Under the pieces are notes generated by a model. That model was not told where the DNA came from and ran no database searches. It saw only the letters and a program-made list of their open reading frames with translations. Made by a program: the position numbers and the translations under genes. Positions 40,490 through 50,085 of a stretch of 64,000 nt of DNA are shown one piece after another. Source of the DNA: Candidatus Kapaibacterium sp. (GTDB lineage Bacteria; Bacteroidota; Ignavibacteria; Kapaibacteriales; Kapaibacteriaceae); NCBI GenBank assembly GCA_044224925.1, contig JBGAJM010000003.1:259855-323854 (forward strand), written 5' to 3'. Numbering within the stretch: position 1 is the stretch's first letter; the number at the start of each line of letters is the position of its first letter.

Positions 40490-40554
40490 GGAGATTCTGA
40501 ATGGTAGCTCGCGGGGCATGGTGCAATGTACGATTTCATGCATCCGATCGAACA

Positions 40555-41127
40555 TCAGAACGCCACGCCAACGGAAGCGCCTCCATACATGGTCCAGTTG
40601 CCTGTATGAGTGTCGACCCAAGGAGTGAAGGTGGCACGAAGCAAAATGCCGTGAATGACCTCAAAGCGATATCCGAATAGTAGGACGCCGACCGTCGACG
40701 CCTTTGGGAGAGCATCACTTCCTTCTCGTGGTACCATCGGATAGGCTGCACCTACACCAACTTCGATGTGATGGTCTGACTCCAAGGCAAGGTATGTGGC
40801 GGCAGCAGAGAGGAATCCCGATCTGTCCAACGAGTATCCTGCCGAAAGCCGGATGGAGTGGTTGAACCCGAGTCCATCGCGAACATGGGAGAAGCGATAT
40901 GCCGTGACCTCTGCGTGAAATGAAGCAAGGCCGATCCCTGCGCCTCCGATCTCCACATACAGACTGCCTAGTGGTGCGTTGACTTTGCGCTCGACGTTCT
41001 CGCTGCGACCTGCCGTGGTTGAATCCTGCGCAACAATGTCGGAAGCGCCAGCAATGTTATGGGTGGGCAGAACCAAGAGCATGAACGCGCACGCATATAG
41101 GAAGATCGGTGGTATGGATGATGCCAT
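40555..41127 (-). CDS. small outer-membrane beta-barrel protein
   Basis: signal peptide, alternating-hydrophobic strands, C-terminal GVAF (aromatic terminal residue). Confidence 0.6.
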   Translation of the reverse strand: MASSIPPIFLYACAFMLLVLPTHNIAGASDIVAQDSTTAGRSENVERKVNAPLGSLYVEIGGAGIGLASFHAEVTAYRFSHVRDGLGFNHSIRLSAGYSLDRSGFLSAAATYLALESDHHIEVGVGAAYPMVPREGSDALPKASTVGVLLFGYRFEVIHGILLRATFTPWVDTHTGNWTMYGGASVGVAF

Positions 41128-41149
41128 GAAGATGTCCGAAAGCTAGTTG

Positions 41150-42527
41150 AAAATAGATGGAGGCTCCAGCCTAGATGGTAGATTGAGTTTGCACACTTCA
41201 TCATCATCTGAGAGGAGCCTCCATGAAGGCCAAACATACGTCCGGAAACGTTGATATGCATGCAGCGTTTTCATCGATACTCGAGGGCTCGAAGAACGAC
41301 GCCCTCGCGCTGATCTTGAATCACCTAGAGCTCACACGCCGAGCGGTTGAGTGGTTCATGCAGAGTGAAGTAACAGAACTTGCCGGAGAACGCTACAGTC
41401 ACGATAAGCCGCACGATGGACGCTTCAGTCGTTGGGGAAGCAATCCGGGCAGTGTGAGCATCGGTGGACAGAAAGTGCCCGTGGACGTCCCACGGATGTA
41501 TGACGCAGAAACGAACAGCACACTCTCCCCTGCGTCATATCTGCAGCTCCGGGAAGTGGCCGCACCATCACCGCAGCTCATGAATGCCCTCTTGATAGGT
41601 CTGAGCACGCGCCGCCTGAGAGACGTAGCAGAGACGCTCCTGGACTCGTTCGGTCTGTCGAAGACGACATTGTCAGAGGCATTCATCGAACACAGCCGGG
41701 AGATCCTGGAGACCTTCATGCAGCGTCGATTGGATGACGCGACCTACGTTGCCATTCTCGTGGACGGTAAGGTCATCCAAGGGCACAGCATTCTCACGGC
41801 AATAGGGATCACGGAGACAGGCCAGAAGCGGATGCTGGGACTGTCACAGGCCACTACCGAGAACGCCGACGTCATCGTGGACATGTTTCGCGACATGATC
41901 GAACGCGGGTTCGATTTCGAGCAGGGTCTGCTTGTCGTGATCGACGGTGGGAAGGGACTTCGCAAGGCCGTCGACGAAGTATTCGGCGACTACGCCATCA
42001 TCCAACGCTGCCAGGTGCACAAGCTTCGCAACGTGATGAGCTACCTGGATGAGGAGCACCAGGCGACAATGTTGCCACGGCTCAAGAAACTCTTTCGCTG
42101 CGAAGACTACAATGAGGCCATGTCCATTGCCGATGGGATCCATGCCGATCTCAAGCGCATCAACATCGTTGCCGCACGATCATTTCAAGAGGGTCTGGAG
42201 GAAACACTTACCGTCACGCGGTTGAAGGTCCCGACTGCTCTTCGATCGAGCTTCACGACCACGAACATCATTGAAAGCGTCAATAGCACCATCGCACAGC
42301 GTACCCGCCGTATCACCAATTGGTCGTCCCCCGATCAACGCTTGCGATGGACAGCGGCTATCATCGTTGACGCTGAGCAGAAGTGGAGAAAGGTGCGCGG
42401 TTCGCGTCTAATTCCTATGTTGCGCAGACTCATTCAACAAACTGTGAATGAGCGCATTCTCAACTCATCGTCGAAGCCAACGCCCAAGCGAGTTTCAACT
42501 AGAAAACGGACATAGTCGATGCCATTC
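41150..42527 (+). mobile_element. IS256-family insertion sequence (boundaries approximate)
   Basis: transposase ORF 41223..42515 with mutator-type motif TNIIESVNSTIAQRTRRITNW; 11-bp inverted repeat ATGGAGGCTCC/GGAGCCTCCAT (41156-41166 / 41215-41225) spanning the tnp start codon; GC higher than the flanks. Confidence 0.75.
41223..42515 (+). CDS. IS256-family transposase
   Basis: 430 aa; DDE region with the C-terminal IESxN...RRT signature. Confidence 0.85.
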   Translation: MKAKHTSGNVDMHAAFSSILEGSKNDALALILNHLELTRRAVEWFMQSEVTELAGERYSHDKPHDGRFSRWGSNPGSVSIGGQKVPVDVPRMYDAETNSTLSPASYLQLREVAAPSPQLMNALLIGLSTRRLRDVAETLLDSFGLSKTTLSEAFIEHSREILETFMQRRLDDATYVAILVDGKVIQGHSILTAIGITETGQKRMLGLSQATTENADVIVDMFRDMIERGFDFEQGLLVVIDGGKGLRKAVDEVFGDYAIIQRCQVHKLRNVMSYLDEEHQATMLPRLKKLFRCEDYNEAMSIADGIHADLKRINIVAARSFQEGLEETLTVTRLKVPTALRSSFTTTNIIESVNSTIAQRTRRITNWSSPDQRLRWTAAIIVDAEQKWRKVRGSRLIPMLRRLIQQTVNERILNSSSKPTPKRVSTRKRT

Positions 42528-42941
42528 CTATGACTTCCAACTATGACCACAGTAGAAACATTGGTGCTGCTTCCTGGAGGGCCATAGTAGGGGAACTCCA
42601 AGGAGAAGCCATGTCCATCCTGCAAAGCGTCTGGAGAGCGTATCGGTGCCGGTGTTGGTGGAGCCGCACGATGGACATAGCACCGAAGGCGTGGGCTCGT
42701 CGATCATCTTCTCTGTGTCTGCTTCCTCGGTTCGCTCCCGCAGGATCCGCACGGCTTCGTCGGCATCGGCCGAGGAAACCCGAAGCTTGATCCCGCCGAG
42801 GGCATTCATCAACGTCCACTGCATGGCAATGGTCACTTCATCGGCGATATAGCTGTCGATCCCATGCTCTTCCAGCTTGTGCTGATCGAAGGTGGCCGAT
42901 ATGACGTCGTTGTAGGATGCGATGGTGACAAGGTCTGGCAT
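42528..42941 (-). CDS. DUF2007-domain protein with C-terminal zinc ribbon and TM segment (paralog 1)
   Basis: 137 aa; CPSCGS...CFYCGH; paralog of 43749..44162. Confidence 0.6.
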   Translation of the reverse strand: MPDLVTIASYNDVISATFDQHKLEEHGIDSYIADEVTIAMQWTLMNALGGIKLRVSSADADEAVRILRERTEEADTEKMIDEPTPSVLCPSCGSTNTGTDTLSRRFAGWTWLLLGVPLLWPSRKQHQCFYCGHSWKS

Positions 42942-42953
42942 GGAGGTGAGGTC

Positions 42954-43307
42954 CTAGGGTTTGGATGGATGTGCCACGGTGTGATATGCTGTGGTGAGCG
43001 CATCCGTGAGGACGTCGCTATGAACGGACTTCAGTTCGATCATCGTCCACCCTTGCGCTCCCCACTTCCCGGTAGCCGGATAGATACTGGAGCGATTGGT
43101 CGAAACGAACACATCTTGATCGATGGCGTTCAGTTTGACGCATGCCGTGTTCGCCTTCGCGTCGTACGTGGCGAAGATCTTCTTCTTCACGCGAAACGAC
43201 GTCTTGTCGAAGTGCGGCTCCTCCGTGACGTTGGGAAACGAACGTGCAAGTGTGAACAATGTGCTCTCAGTGATCATCGGGATGCCTGCTTCAGTCCGTG
43301 AGTGCAA
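42954..43307 (-). CDS. MmcQ/YjbR-family protein
   Basis: 117 aa, EEPHFDKTSFRVKKKIFATY. Confidence 0.65.
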   Translation of the reverse strand: MHSRTEAGIPMITESTLFTLARSFPNVTEEPHFDKTSFRVKKKIFATYDAKANTACVKLNAIDQDVFVSTNRSSIYPATGKWGAQGWTMIELKSVHSDVLTDALTTAYHTVAHPSKP

Positions 43308-43725
43308 GACCGTACCGGATCGCTTGTTCCAGCACCGACATGTTGATGTTCTTCAGCGATCGGAACTTGATGCAGTATCCGGTCACGGTCGCCTTGCCGA
43401 TGTTGCCTCCATACGTGTCGGCCAAGAAGGACTTGTCCTTCAATCCGAGAATGTAGACGGAGATGCCGGTGGTGTTCGCACTCACACCAATGCGAAACGA
43501 CGTCCGCGATGTGCCATTCGAATACGTGAGGGTATGTGAGCCATATCCAATGGTCGGATTCGAAACGACCTTACCTGTGTCGTCCGTTCCGTCGAAGAAC
43601 TGCAGATGACAGTCCGGCGCACCTGTCAGGATGGTGCGATGAAGCTCGCGAACCTCAGCGCCCTTTGCGGCAGGAAGGCTCTCGATGTAAGCGTCGATCT
43701 GGGATTGTATGTTCATTTGCAACAT
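43291..43725 (-). CDS. DUF1801 (YdhG/YdeI-like) protein
   Basis: 144 aa from MLQMNIQSQIDAYIESLP; ORF track extends upstream into the next gene. Confidence 0.55.
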   Translation of the reverse strand: MLQMNIQSQIDAYIESLPAAKGAEVRELHRTILTGAPDCHLQFFDGTDDTGKVVSNPTIGYGSHTLTYSNGTSRTSFRIGVSANTTGISVYILGLKDKSFLADTYGGNIGKATVTGYCIKFRSLKNINMSVLEQAIRYGLALTD

Positions 43726-43748
43726 TCCATGTACGCCAAATATATGCG

Positions 43749-44162
43749 CTATTCCTTCCAGCGGTGACCGCAGAAGTAGCAGCGATACGATCGCTTCGGG
43801 ATCCATGGCAATGGCATGCAGAGTACGAACCAGCAAAGGCCGGCAAAGGTGCGGATCAACGGGTCGGCACCGGTGTTGTTGGATGCGCACGACGGACAGA
43901 TGTGGTGGGAGTGCTGATCCTCCAGTGTATGGTCGGCTTGGAGTTGCTCGGTCTCGCTTTGAAGTATTGAACGCGCTTCGTCCGCTTGATCGGTCGAGAC
44001 CCGAAGCTTCAAACAGCCCAGCGCCTGCATGGACGTCCATCGCCAGGCGATGTAATTCTCATCTGCGAGATACGAGTGAACCTCGTTGGCTTGCAACAGT
44101 TGGAGGTCGAGGTTGGCGATGACGTAGTCGTCATACGTGGCTATGGTCACGAAGTCGGGCAT
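43749..44162 (-). CDS. DUF2007-domain protein with zinc ribbon (paralog 2)
   Basis: 137 aa; CPSCAS...CYFCGH. Confidence 0.6.
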   Translation of the reverse strand: MPDFVTIATYDDYVIANLDLQLLQANEVHSYLADENYIAWRWTSMQALGCLKLRVSTDQADEARSILQSETEQLQADHTLEDQHSHHICPSCASNNTGADPLIRTFAGLCWFVLCMPLPWIPKRSYRCYFCGHRWKE

Positions 44163-44201
44163 GAGGTTTCGTAAGGTGACAGGGTGTGCAGCGCGGAGAA
44201 C

Positions 44202-44729
44202 CTAGTCGTCGTTCTTGATGCGCACCCAACCGAACATCGCTAGTAGCTGACGAATAGGACTGAGGTGCTTCTTTCCATGACCCGGTACCACAACACGGCT
44301 CTTTAGTTCCTCATAGTTTGAGAAATAGAAACTCGAGAAGCGACTTTGAGCCTTGCCTTCACGAATGAGCCAGACCGCTTCATACGTTGTGTACTTTGAT
44401 TTTTCGTCGACGAGGATGTAGTGATCAAAATCGGACCACGCGGTACGGCGTCTCAGAAATGGCAACAGAGGATTGATATACGTGATGCCAGCGTCATCGA
44501 TGATCACATACCTGCATTGCGTTGCAAGAAGCGTCAGAAACAAGATCTGAATGCCTCCAATAGCGGCATACGTTGGGAAGTACTCGCCGAATGGAATCGT
44601 GCTCAGGCGGTCTATGCTGATCTTAGAATGAAAGGCGACCATGTACAGGACCGCACCCCAGTCACAATTGAGAAACACCAAAAGACTGAGTCCCCCAAAG
44701 ACCTTATATCGACAGTGCAACGCACTCAT
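44202..44729 (-). CDS. hypothetical membrane protein
   Basis: 175 aa, two or three TM helices, ~48% GC. Confidence 0.45.
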   Translation of the reverse strand: MSALHCRYKVFGGLSLLVFLNCDWGAVLYMVAFHSKISIDRLSTIPFGEYFPTYAAIGGIQILFLTLLATQCRYVIIDDAGITYINPLLPFLRRRTAWSDFDHYILVDEKSKYTTYEAVWLIREGKAQSRFSSFYFSNYEELKSRVVVPGHGKKHLSPIRQLLAMFGWVRIKNDD

Positions 44730-44745
44730 TCTGTATTCCCGTTGA

Positions 44746-45354
44746 TCATGTATTCATCCTCCCCATCACCCTCTGCGCTACCCATGCAAACAACACACCG
44801 AGCGCGGCACCAATGACGACGTCGGAGAAGTAGTGGGCTGTGATGACGATGCGGGCGATGGCGATGGAGATGCCGATGAGCGTGAAGAGCCATGCACCTT
44901 TCCGCCATACCGCCCTGCCGGTGACGGCAAGAGCGGCGCCGGTGGTGGCATGACCGCTCGGGAAGGAGTTCCACACGTAATCTGTTTCAAAGGCGAAGAG
45001 ACGGAAGCCGTAGAGGTGTTCGTCGAACCAGAGCACGGGACGGGCCCGACAGATGAGGATCTTGAGAAGGTTGGCCGCAAGACCGCTCAAGGCAATGCTC
45101 AAGAAGACGACGGCGCAGGCAATGGCAAGGGAACGGTTGCGCTTCCAGAAGATGATGGTGCCAAGGAGGGAGGGGACGAGCCACCAGTGTCCACGACCGA
45201 TCTCTTCGAGCCATGCGGCCACTCCATGCACGTTGCCGTTCACGTTCGCATGCAGCCACTCGGCCATCGGAAGGTCGATGGCCGCATAGCCGAGGATGCA
45301 AAGCGGAAAGGCGGCAAGGAGCCACAAGAGCCGCATTGACGGGAAGGCCGTCAC
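44746..45354 (-). CDS. PAP2-family phosphatase
   Basis: KxxxxxxRP (KILICRARP), PSGH, and SRxxxxxHxxxD-like (ARIVITAHYFSD) motifs. Confidence 0.8.
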   Translation of the reverse strand: MTAFPSMRLLWLLAAFPLCILGYAAIDLPMAEWLHANVNGNVHGVAAWLEEIGRGHWWLVPSLLGTIIFWKRNRSLAIACAVVFLSIALSGLAANLLKILICRARPVLWFDEHLYGFRLFAFETDYVWNSFPSGHATTGAALAVTGRAVWRKGAWLFTLIGISIAIARIVITAHYFSDVVIGAALGVLFAWVAQRVMGRMNT

Positions 45355-48300
45355 TTCTTCTTCTCAGGCAACACGGCCGGTAGCGAGAGTGCCGAGATCT
45401 GTTCGTTGAATCGACGGACGTGGTCGGACTCGATGCTCTTGATCGCTGCGATCTTCGCTGCCGCTTGCGATGCAAGCTCGGCATAGAGATCGAGTGTTTG
45501 CTGCGTTGGACGTGTGTCGGCCGACGAGGCCACTTCGCTGAGTGAAGCGATCTTGTTGTTGAGCTTGACGGGATAGTTCAAGAGGTCCTGACCTGCCTTG
45601 GCCTTGGTCTGCACCATGCTGTCCTCGATGTGCTGCAACGTGTCGTTGATGGTCTTGCTGAGCGCCGTGATCTCCTTGGTCTTCGACGAGTCCAGGTGCG
45701 ATGTGCGACCTACGGCCGCATTCACTTGTGCACGCACATCGCGCATGCGTTTGATGGCCTTGTGCACGTCGGACAGTGTGCGCGTCACGTCGCGCAAGAA
45801 ACGTTCTTGGGCAACGAGGTCGGCATCGGCAACATCAAGTCGTGGATCCTTCCTGATCTCGAACGAGACACGCTGCGTGTCGGCGCCGAGTGCGAAGGTG
45901 GCCGTGTAGGTTCCGGGTGCAACGCGTGGACCTGTTGTGCCAGCGCCCCACATCACACCTTCGAGCTCCTCGGCATCGGGCCACCGCATGTTCCACTGGA
46001 ATTGATTCTGTCCGCGGAACACCGTGAGCGCTTCACTGCTTGGACGGAAGAGCGAGTCGCGATAGAACTTGCGATCGTTCTTGAACTCTTCACCCTTGCG
46101 ATCCTTCTTGCTCGAGAACGCGATCACCGAATCGCCGCTTTGCGTGCGAATGGTGAGCGTGAGTTCCTTCGACGTGGTGTCGGCAAGCCAATATCGCAGC
46201 ATCACACCATTGGGTGCGTTCTCGCCGACGTCCATCGTTGGTGCATACCACGAACCACCGTCGACGCGATAGGCATGACGTGGGGTGAAGACGTGGAAGG
46301 GCGATGCAAGAACGCTTGGTGTGAGTTGACGGAGTGTGGTGAGATCGTCGTAGATCCAGAACGACCGACCATGCGTGGCAAGAACAAGATCGTGCTCGCG
46401 ACCGTGGACGACGAGATCGTGAATGGGCGTGAGCGGAAGGTTGCGCAAGAAACGCGACCACGACGTGCCGCCATCGAAGGAGACGTAGAGTCCGCGCTCC
46501 GTGCCGCAATACAAGAGGTCCTTGCGCACAGGATCTTCGCGCACAACGCGGGCGAAGGAGCCCGATGGTATGCCCGACGTGATCTTCGTCCACGACGCTC
46601 CGTAGTTCGTGGTCTTATAGATGTAAACGTCCTGATCGTCCAGCTTATAGCGATTGATTGCCGCATAGGCCGTGCCCGCATCGTACGGCGATGCCTCGAT
46701 CATGCTCACGAGCGAGAAGGCGGGAAGGCCGCTGGGCGTGACGTTCTTCCACGTGGATGCGTTGTCGGTGCTCACGTGAATGAGTCCGTCATCGCTGCCG
46801 GCCCAGAACACACCTTGCTTCACGGGCGACTCTGCCAATGTGAAGATGGTGCAGTACACTTCCACACCGGTGTTGTCCTTCGTGATGGGTCCACCCGATG
46901 CCATCTGCTTCGTGGTGTCGTTCGTGGTAAGGTCCGGCGAGATCTTCGTCCAGCTCATGCCCTCGTTCGTGCTTCGCCATACATGTTGCGATGTGGTGTA
47001 GAGCGCCTTGTCATGCTTCGAGAAGAGAATGGGGAACGTCCACTGGAAGCGCTCTCCGCGGTCCTTCGAGCCCTCGCCGATGGGATTGTTCGGATACACG
47101 CTGATGTCCTGGTTCTGATCCTTGCTACGATCGTAGCGACTCAAGTAGCCGGAGTAGTTACCGCCAAGAGTGACGTTGGCATCGGTGTGATGCGGGATCA
47201 CATAGCCGCTCTCAAATCCGGCCACCGAGTACCAACGTGAACGATCGATGGACCAATCGCCGATGGCACGATGCGGGATCGAAACGGTGCTGTTGTCTTG
47301 TTGTGCACCATAGAGTCGGTAGGGGAAATGATCGTCGACGCTCACATGATAGAACTGTGAGGTGGCAAGGTCTTGTTCCGTCCAATGTCTGCCGCCATCC
47401 ACACTTACCACCGCGCCACCATCATCGGCCACCATCATGCGCTGGTTGTTTTTCGGGTCGATCCACATGTCGTGATGATCGCCATGCTTCGTGCCCATGC
47501 CGCTGAACGAAGCGCCACCGTCGACACTCTTGTACATGCCCACGTTCAACACGTAGACGATAGAGGCATCGAAGGGATCGGCGTAGACGTGCGAGAAGTA
47601 CCATGGACGTGTACGAATGTCGGCCTGTGTGCTCATCCGCGTCCACGTTGCCCCGGCATCGTTGCTTTTGAAGAGGCCGCCATTCTCGTTCTCGACCATG
47701 GCGAAGACGAGTCCGCGCTGGGCGCGGGATACGTCGACGCAGATCTTGCCAAGGATGCCGGTGGGCAGACCCGGATTCTTCGTGATCTCCTTCCACGTAT
47801 CACCGCCATCGGTGCTCTTGAACAGGCCGCTGCCCGCACCACCACTGCTCATGCTGTGTGCGTTGCGATAGGCCTGCCACAGCGAGGCATAGAGGATGCG
47901 CGGATTGTGCGGGTCCATCTTCAACGTCATGCCGCCGGTGGAGTCGTTGCGGAACAGGACCTTCTTCCACGACTTGCCACCGTCCGTGCTCTTGAAGATG
48001 CCGCGCTCGGGGTTCGGACCGAAGACGTGTCCCATGGAGCTCACAAGCACCACGTCGGCATCCGTGGGATGCACGACGATGTCGGCGATCATGTGAGCGT
48101 CCTTGAGTCCGAGCGAGTTCCATGTGGCACCACCATCCGTAGTGCGATACATGCCATCGCCCGGAGAGATGTTGCCGCGTATGTCCGTCTCACCCGTGCC
48201 CACGTAGACGACGTTGGGATCGGAAGGCGCAATGGTGATGGCGCCAATGGATGACGACGTGAAGGTACTGTCGCTCACGCTGCGCCATGAATCGCCATCG

Positions 48301-48557
48301 TCCTCGCTCTTCCACACACCACCACCGGTTGCGCCAAAGTAGTAGGTGTGCGGAAGATCGGGATGTCCGGCAACGGCCAGCGAACGACCACCGCGATACG
48401 GACCGATGCACCGGAACTTCTGTGCACGGAGTGCATGATCGAGTTCCTGCGTCGATGGTGTTCGCATCGACTGAGCATGAAGGAGTCCGCCGGAAAGGTC
48501 GATGAAGGCGGCAAGGAAGAGAGCGAGAGGGAGAGTTGGAATGCGCATAACGCGCAA
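45351..48557 (-). CDS. sortilin/VPS10-like BNR-repeat giant secreted protein
   Basis: 1068 aa; repeated GGxxWKSxDGGxTW Asp-box motifs; signal peptide. Confidence 0.65.
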   Translation of the reverse strand: MRVMRIPTLPLALFLAAFIDLSGGLLHAQSMRTPSTQELDHALRAQKFRCIGPYRGGRSLAVAGHPDLPHTYYFGATGGGVWKSEDDGDSWRSVSDSTFTSSSIGAITIAPSDPNVVYVGTGETDIRGNISPGDGMYRTTDGGATWNSLGLKDAHMIADIVVHPTDADVVLVSSMGHVFGPNPERGIFKSTDGGKSWKKVLFRNDSTGGMTLKMDPHNPRILYASLWQAYRNAHSMSSGGAGSGLFKSTDGGDTWKEITKNPGLPTGILGKICVDVSRAQRGLVFAMVENENGGLFKSNDAGATWTRMSTQADIRTRPWYFSHVYADPFDASIVYVLNVGMYKSVDGGASFSGMGTKHGDHHDMWIDPKNNQRMMVADDGGAVVSVDGGRHWTEQDLATSQFYHVSVDDHFPYRLYGAQQDNSTVSIPHRAIGDWSIDRSRWYSVAGFESGYVIPHHTDANVTLGGNYSGYLSRYDRSKDQNQDISVYPNNPIGEGSKDRGERFQWTFPILFSKHDKALYTTSQHVWRSTNEGMSWTKISPDLTTNDTTKQMASGGPITKDNTGVEVYCTIFTLAESPVKQGVFWAGSDDGLIHVSTDNASTWKNVTPSGLPAFSLVSMIEASPYDAGTAYAAINRYKLDDQDVYIYKTTNYGASWTKITSGIPSGSFARVVREDPVRKDLLYCGTERGLYVSFDGGTSWSRFLRNLPLTPIHDLVVHGREHDLVLATHGRSFWIYDDLTTLRQLTPSVLASPFHVFTPRHAYRVDGGSWYAPTMDVGENAPNGVMLRYWLADTTSKELTLTIRTQSGDSVIAFSSKKDRKGEEFKNDRKFYRDSLFRPSSEALTVFRGQNQFQWNMRWPDAEELEGVMWGAGTTGPRVAPGTYTATFALGADTQRVSFEIRKDPRLDVADADLVAQERFLRDVTRTLSDVHKAIKRMRDVRAQVNAAVGRTSHLDSSKTKEITALSKTINDTLQHIEDSMVQTKAKAGQDLLNYPVKLNNKIASLSEVASSADTRPTQQTLDLYAELASQAAAKIAAIKSIESDHVRRFNEQISALSLPAVLPEKKK

Positions 48558-48566
48558 CTTAGGCCA

Positions 48567-49874
48567 CTAGCGCCGTACTACAAACTTCGTCGACGTGCGT
48601 CCGTCCGAACAACAGTACACACCTTCGGCAAGATCGCTCACATCGATGAGCACACTGCCGTTGGGCAAGGCGAGCATGCGACCTTGCGTGGCAACGGGCA
48701 TGCCCACGGACGATGTAAGGCGGAAGGTCGGCGAGGACGCTTGCATGCCCGAGAGCACGATGTGCGAGGAGGCAGGGTTGGGTGCGGCAACTGTCGATGT
48801 AGCAGATGCAGGATCTTCCTGCACTGACGTTGGCAGCACGGTCTTGAAAATGCCGATGCCACTGTCGGCATCGTAGGCACCGGTCTTGAACGCACGCGTG
48901 ATCCACACTTCGTTGGACGATGCGTTGGTGTTCAAGAGCAGACCCTCGGGTTTGGCACCCACGTCAACGGTGAGCAGTCGGTCCGTGGTCTCGATGTTGA
49001 ACACGCGCACATCGCCCGTGAAGGTGGACGTGACGAGGAAGGGACCGGCGACGACGGACTCGCGCGGACCGTCGAACCCGGTTGTGCCGGTAGGATAGGT
49101 GGCCACTTGTTGTGCTGTGGTGAGATCGATGCGGATCACCTTGTGTGCCGTGTTCATCGTCACATAGGCAACGTCACCATCGACAGCAATGTGATTGGGC
49201 ACACCACCCGTGAACGTTGCACGCTTCGCCCATTCAGCATCATTCACTTCCCATACATCCACGGTGCCGTTCATTTCTCCGAAGGATCCTTCGCTGACAA
49301 CGATAAGGCCTTGCTTCCCTGCCGCCGTGCGATACCATTGCGACATCTGTACATTCACGCCTGCCGGCAGTGTGCGCACCACGCTCCATGTGAGCGTGTT
49401 CACCACTTGCACGGAGCCGGGATCGGTGAAGTTCGGACGAACGCTGATGAAGGCCACTTCGGCGTCGTGCGTCATGCTGATGGCCGATGCGCCATCCTTC
49501 CATACGGTCTTGCCTTGCGTCATGGTGGCAAGGTCGTAGACCACGATACTATCGTCGATGATCACGTAGAGTTCATTGAAGGCCGTGTCGACGTAACTGC
49601 GCAAGGCATTCACGTTGGCCCAGGGGAGGGCACGTCGACCGATCTCGTTGCCGTTCAGATCGAACGTCACAAACGACGCTGCGACGTCGCCCGAGTCGAT
49701 GGTGTTGTCGAAGTCCACATCCGTGCGCGATGTCAACGCAACGATGGTGTTGCCACTGCGATGCAGAGCGACCGGTTGAAGGGGAGTGTTGAGGACTCGC
49801 GTTTGCCCAAAGGAGGGGAGGGTGGCGAGGATGCTGAAGGCAGCGAAGACGAAAACGAGTGCACGATTGTGCAT
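48567..49874 (-). CDS. beta-propeller protein with T9SS C-terminal sorting domain
   Basis: signal peptide MHNRALVFVFAAFSILATLPSFGQ (internal start preferred); C-terminal ...LIDVSDLAEGVYCCSDGRTSTKFVVRR CTD. Confidence 0.65.
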   Translation of the reverse strand: MHNRALVFVFAAFSILATLPSFGQTRVLNTPLQPVALHRSGNTIVALTSRTDVDFDNTIDSGDVAASFVTFDLNGNEIGRRALPWANVNALRSYVDTAFNELYVIIDDSIVVYDLATMTQGKTVWKDGASAISMTHDAEVAFISVRPNFTDPGSVQVVNTLTWSVVRTLPAGVNVQMSQWYRTAAGKQGLIVVSEGSFGEMNGTVDVWEVNDAEWAKRATFTGGVPNHIAVDGDVAYVTMNTAHKVIRIDLTTAQQVATYPTGTTGFDGPRESVVAGPFLVTSTFTGDVRVFNIETTDRLLTVDVGAKPEGLLLNTNASSNEVWITRAFKTGAYDADSGIGIFKTVLPTSVQEDPASATSTVAAPNPASSHIVLSGMQASSPTFRLTSSVGMPVATQGRMLALPNGSVLIDVSDLAEGVYCCSDGRTSTKFVVRR

Positions 49875-50085
49875 ATCGAGATCCTTTCTCTGTGATGCGC
49901 AGAGCGGTGGATGAAAATGGCGAACACGGTCGGTATTCCGGCTTCGATCCGCGATGCTCACAAGCATCGTGATCGTTACGGTGGCGCAACCGCGCGGGAT
50001 TTTCACCCGCTTCCCCGAGAGCTCAAGGAGGCAGCAACCGTGTTCCGATGTAGGGCGCGAATATAGAGGTTTTATCTTTGTCGCC

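Noticed and set aside
42516-42600. Right terminal inverted repeat of the IS256 element
   Set aside because: Only a partial match (ATGG...CTCCAG) to the left end, and it would overlap the intact 3' end of the DUF2007 gene. Boundaries left unresolved.
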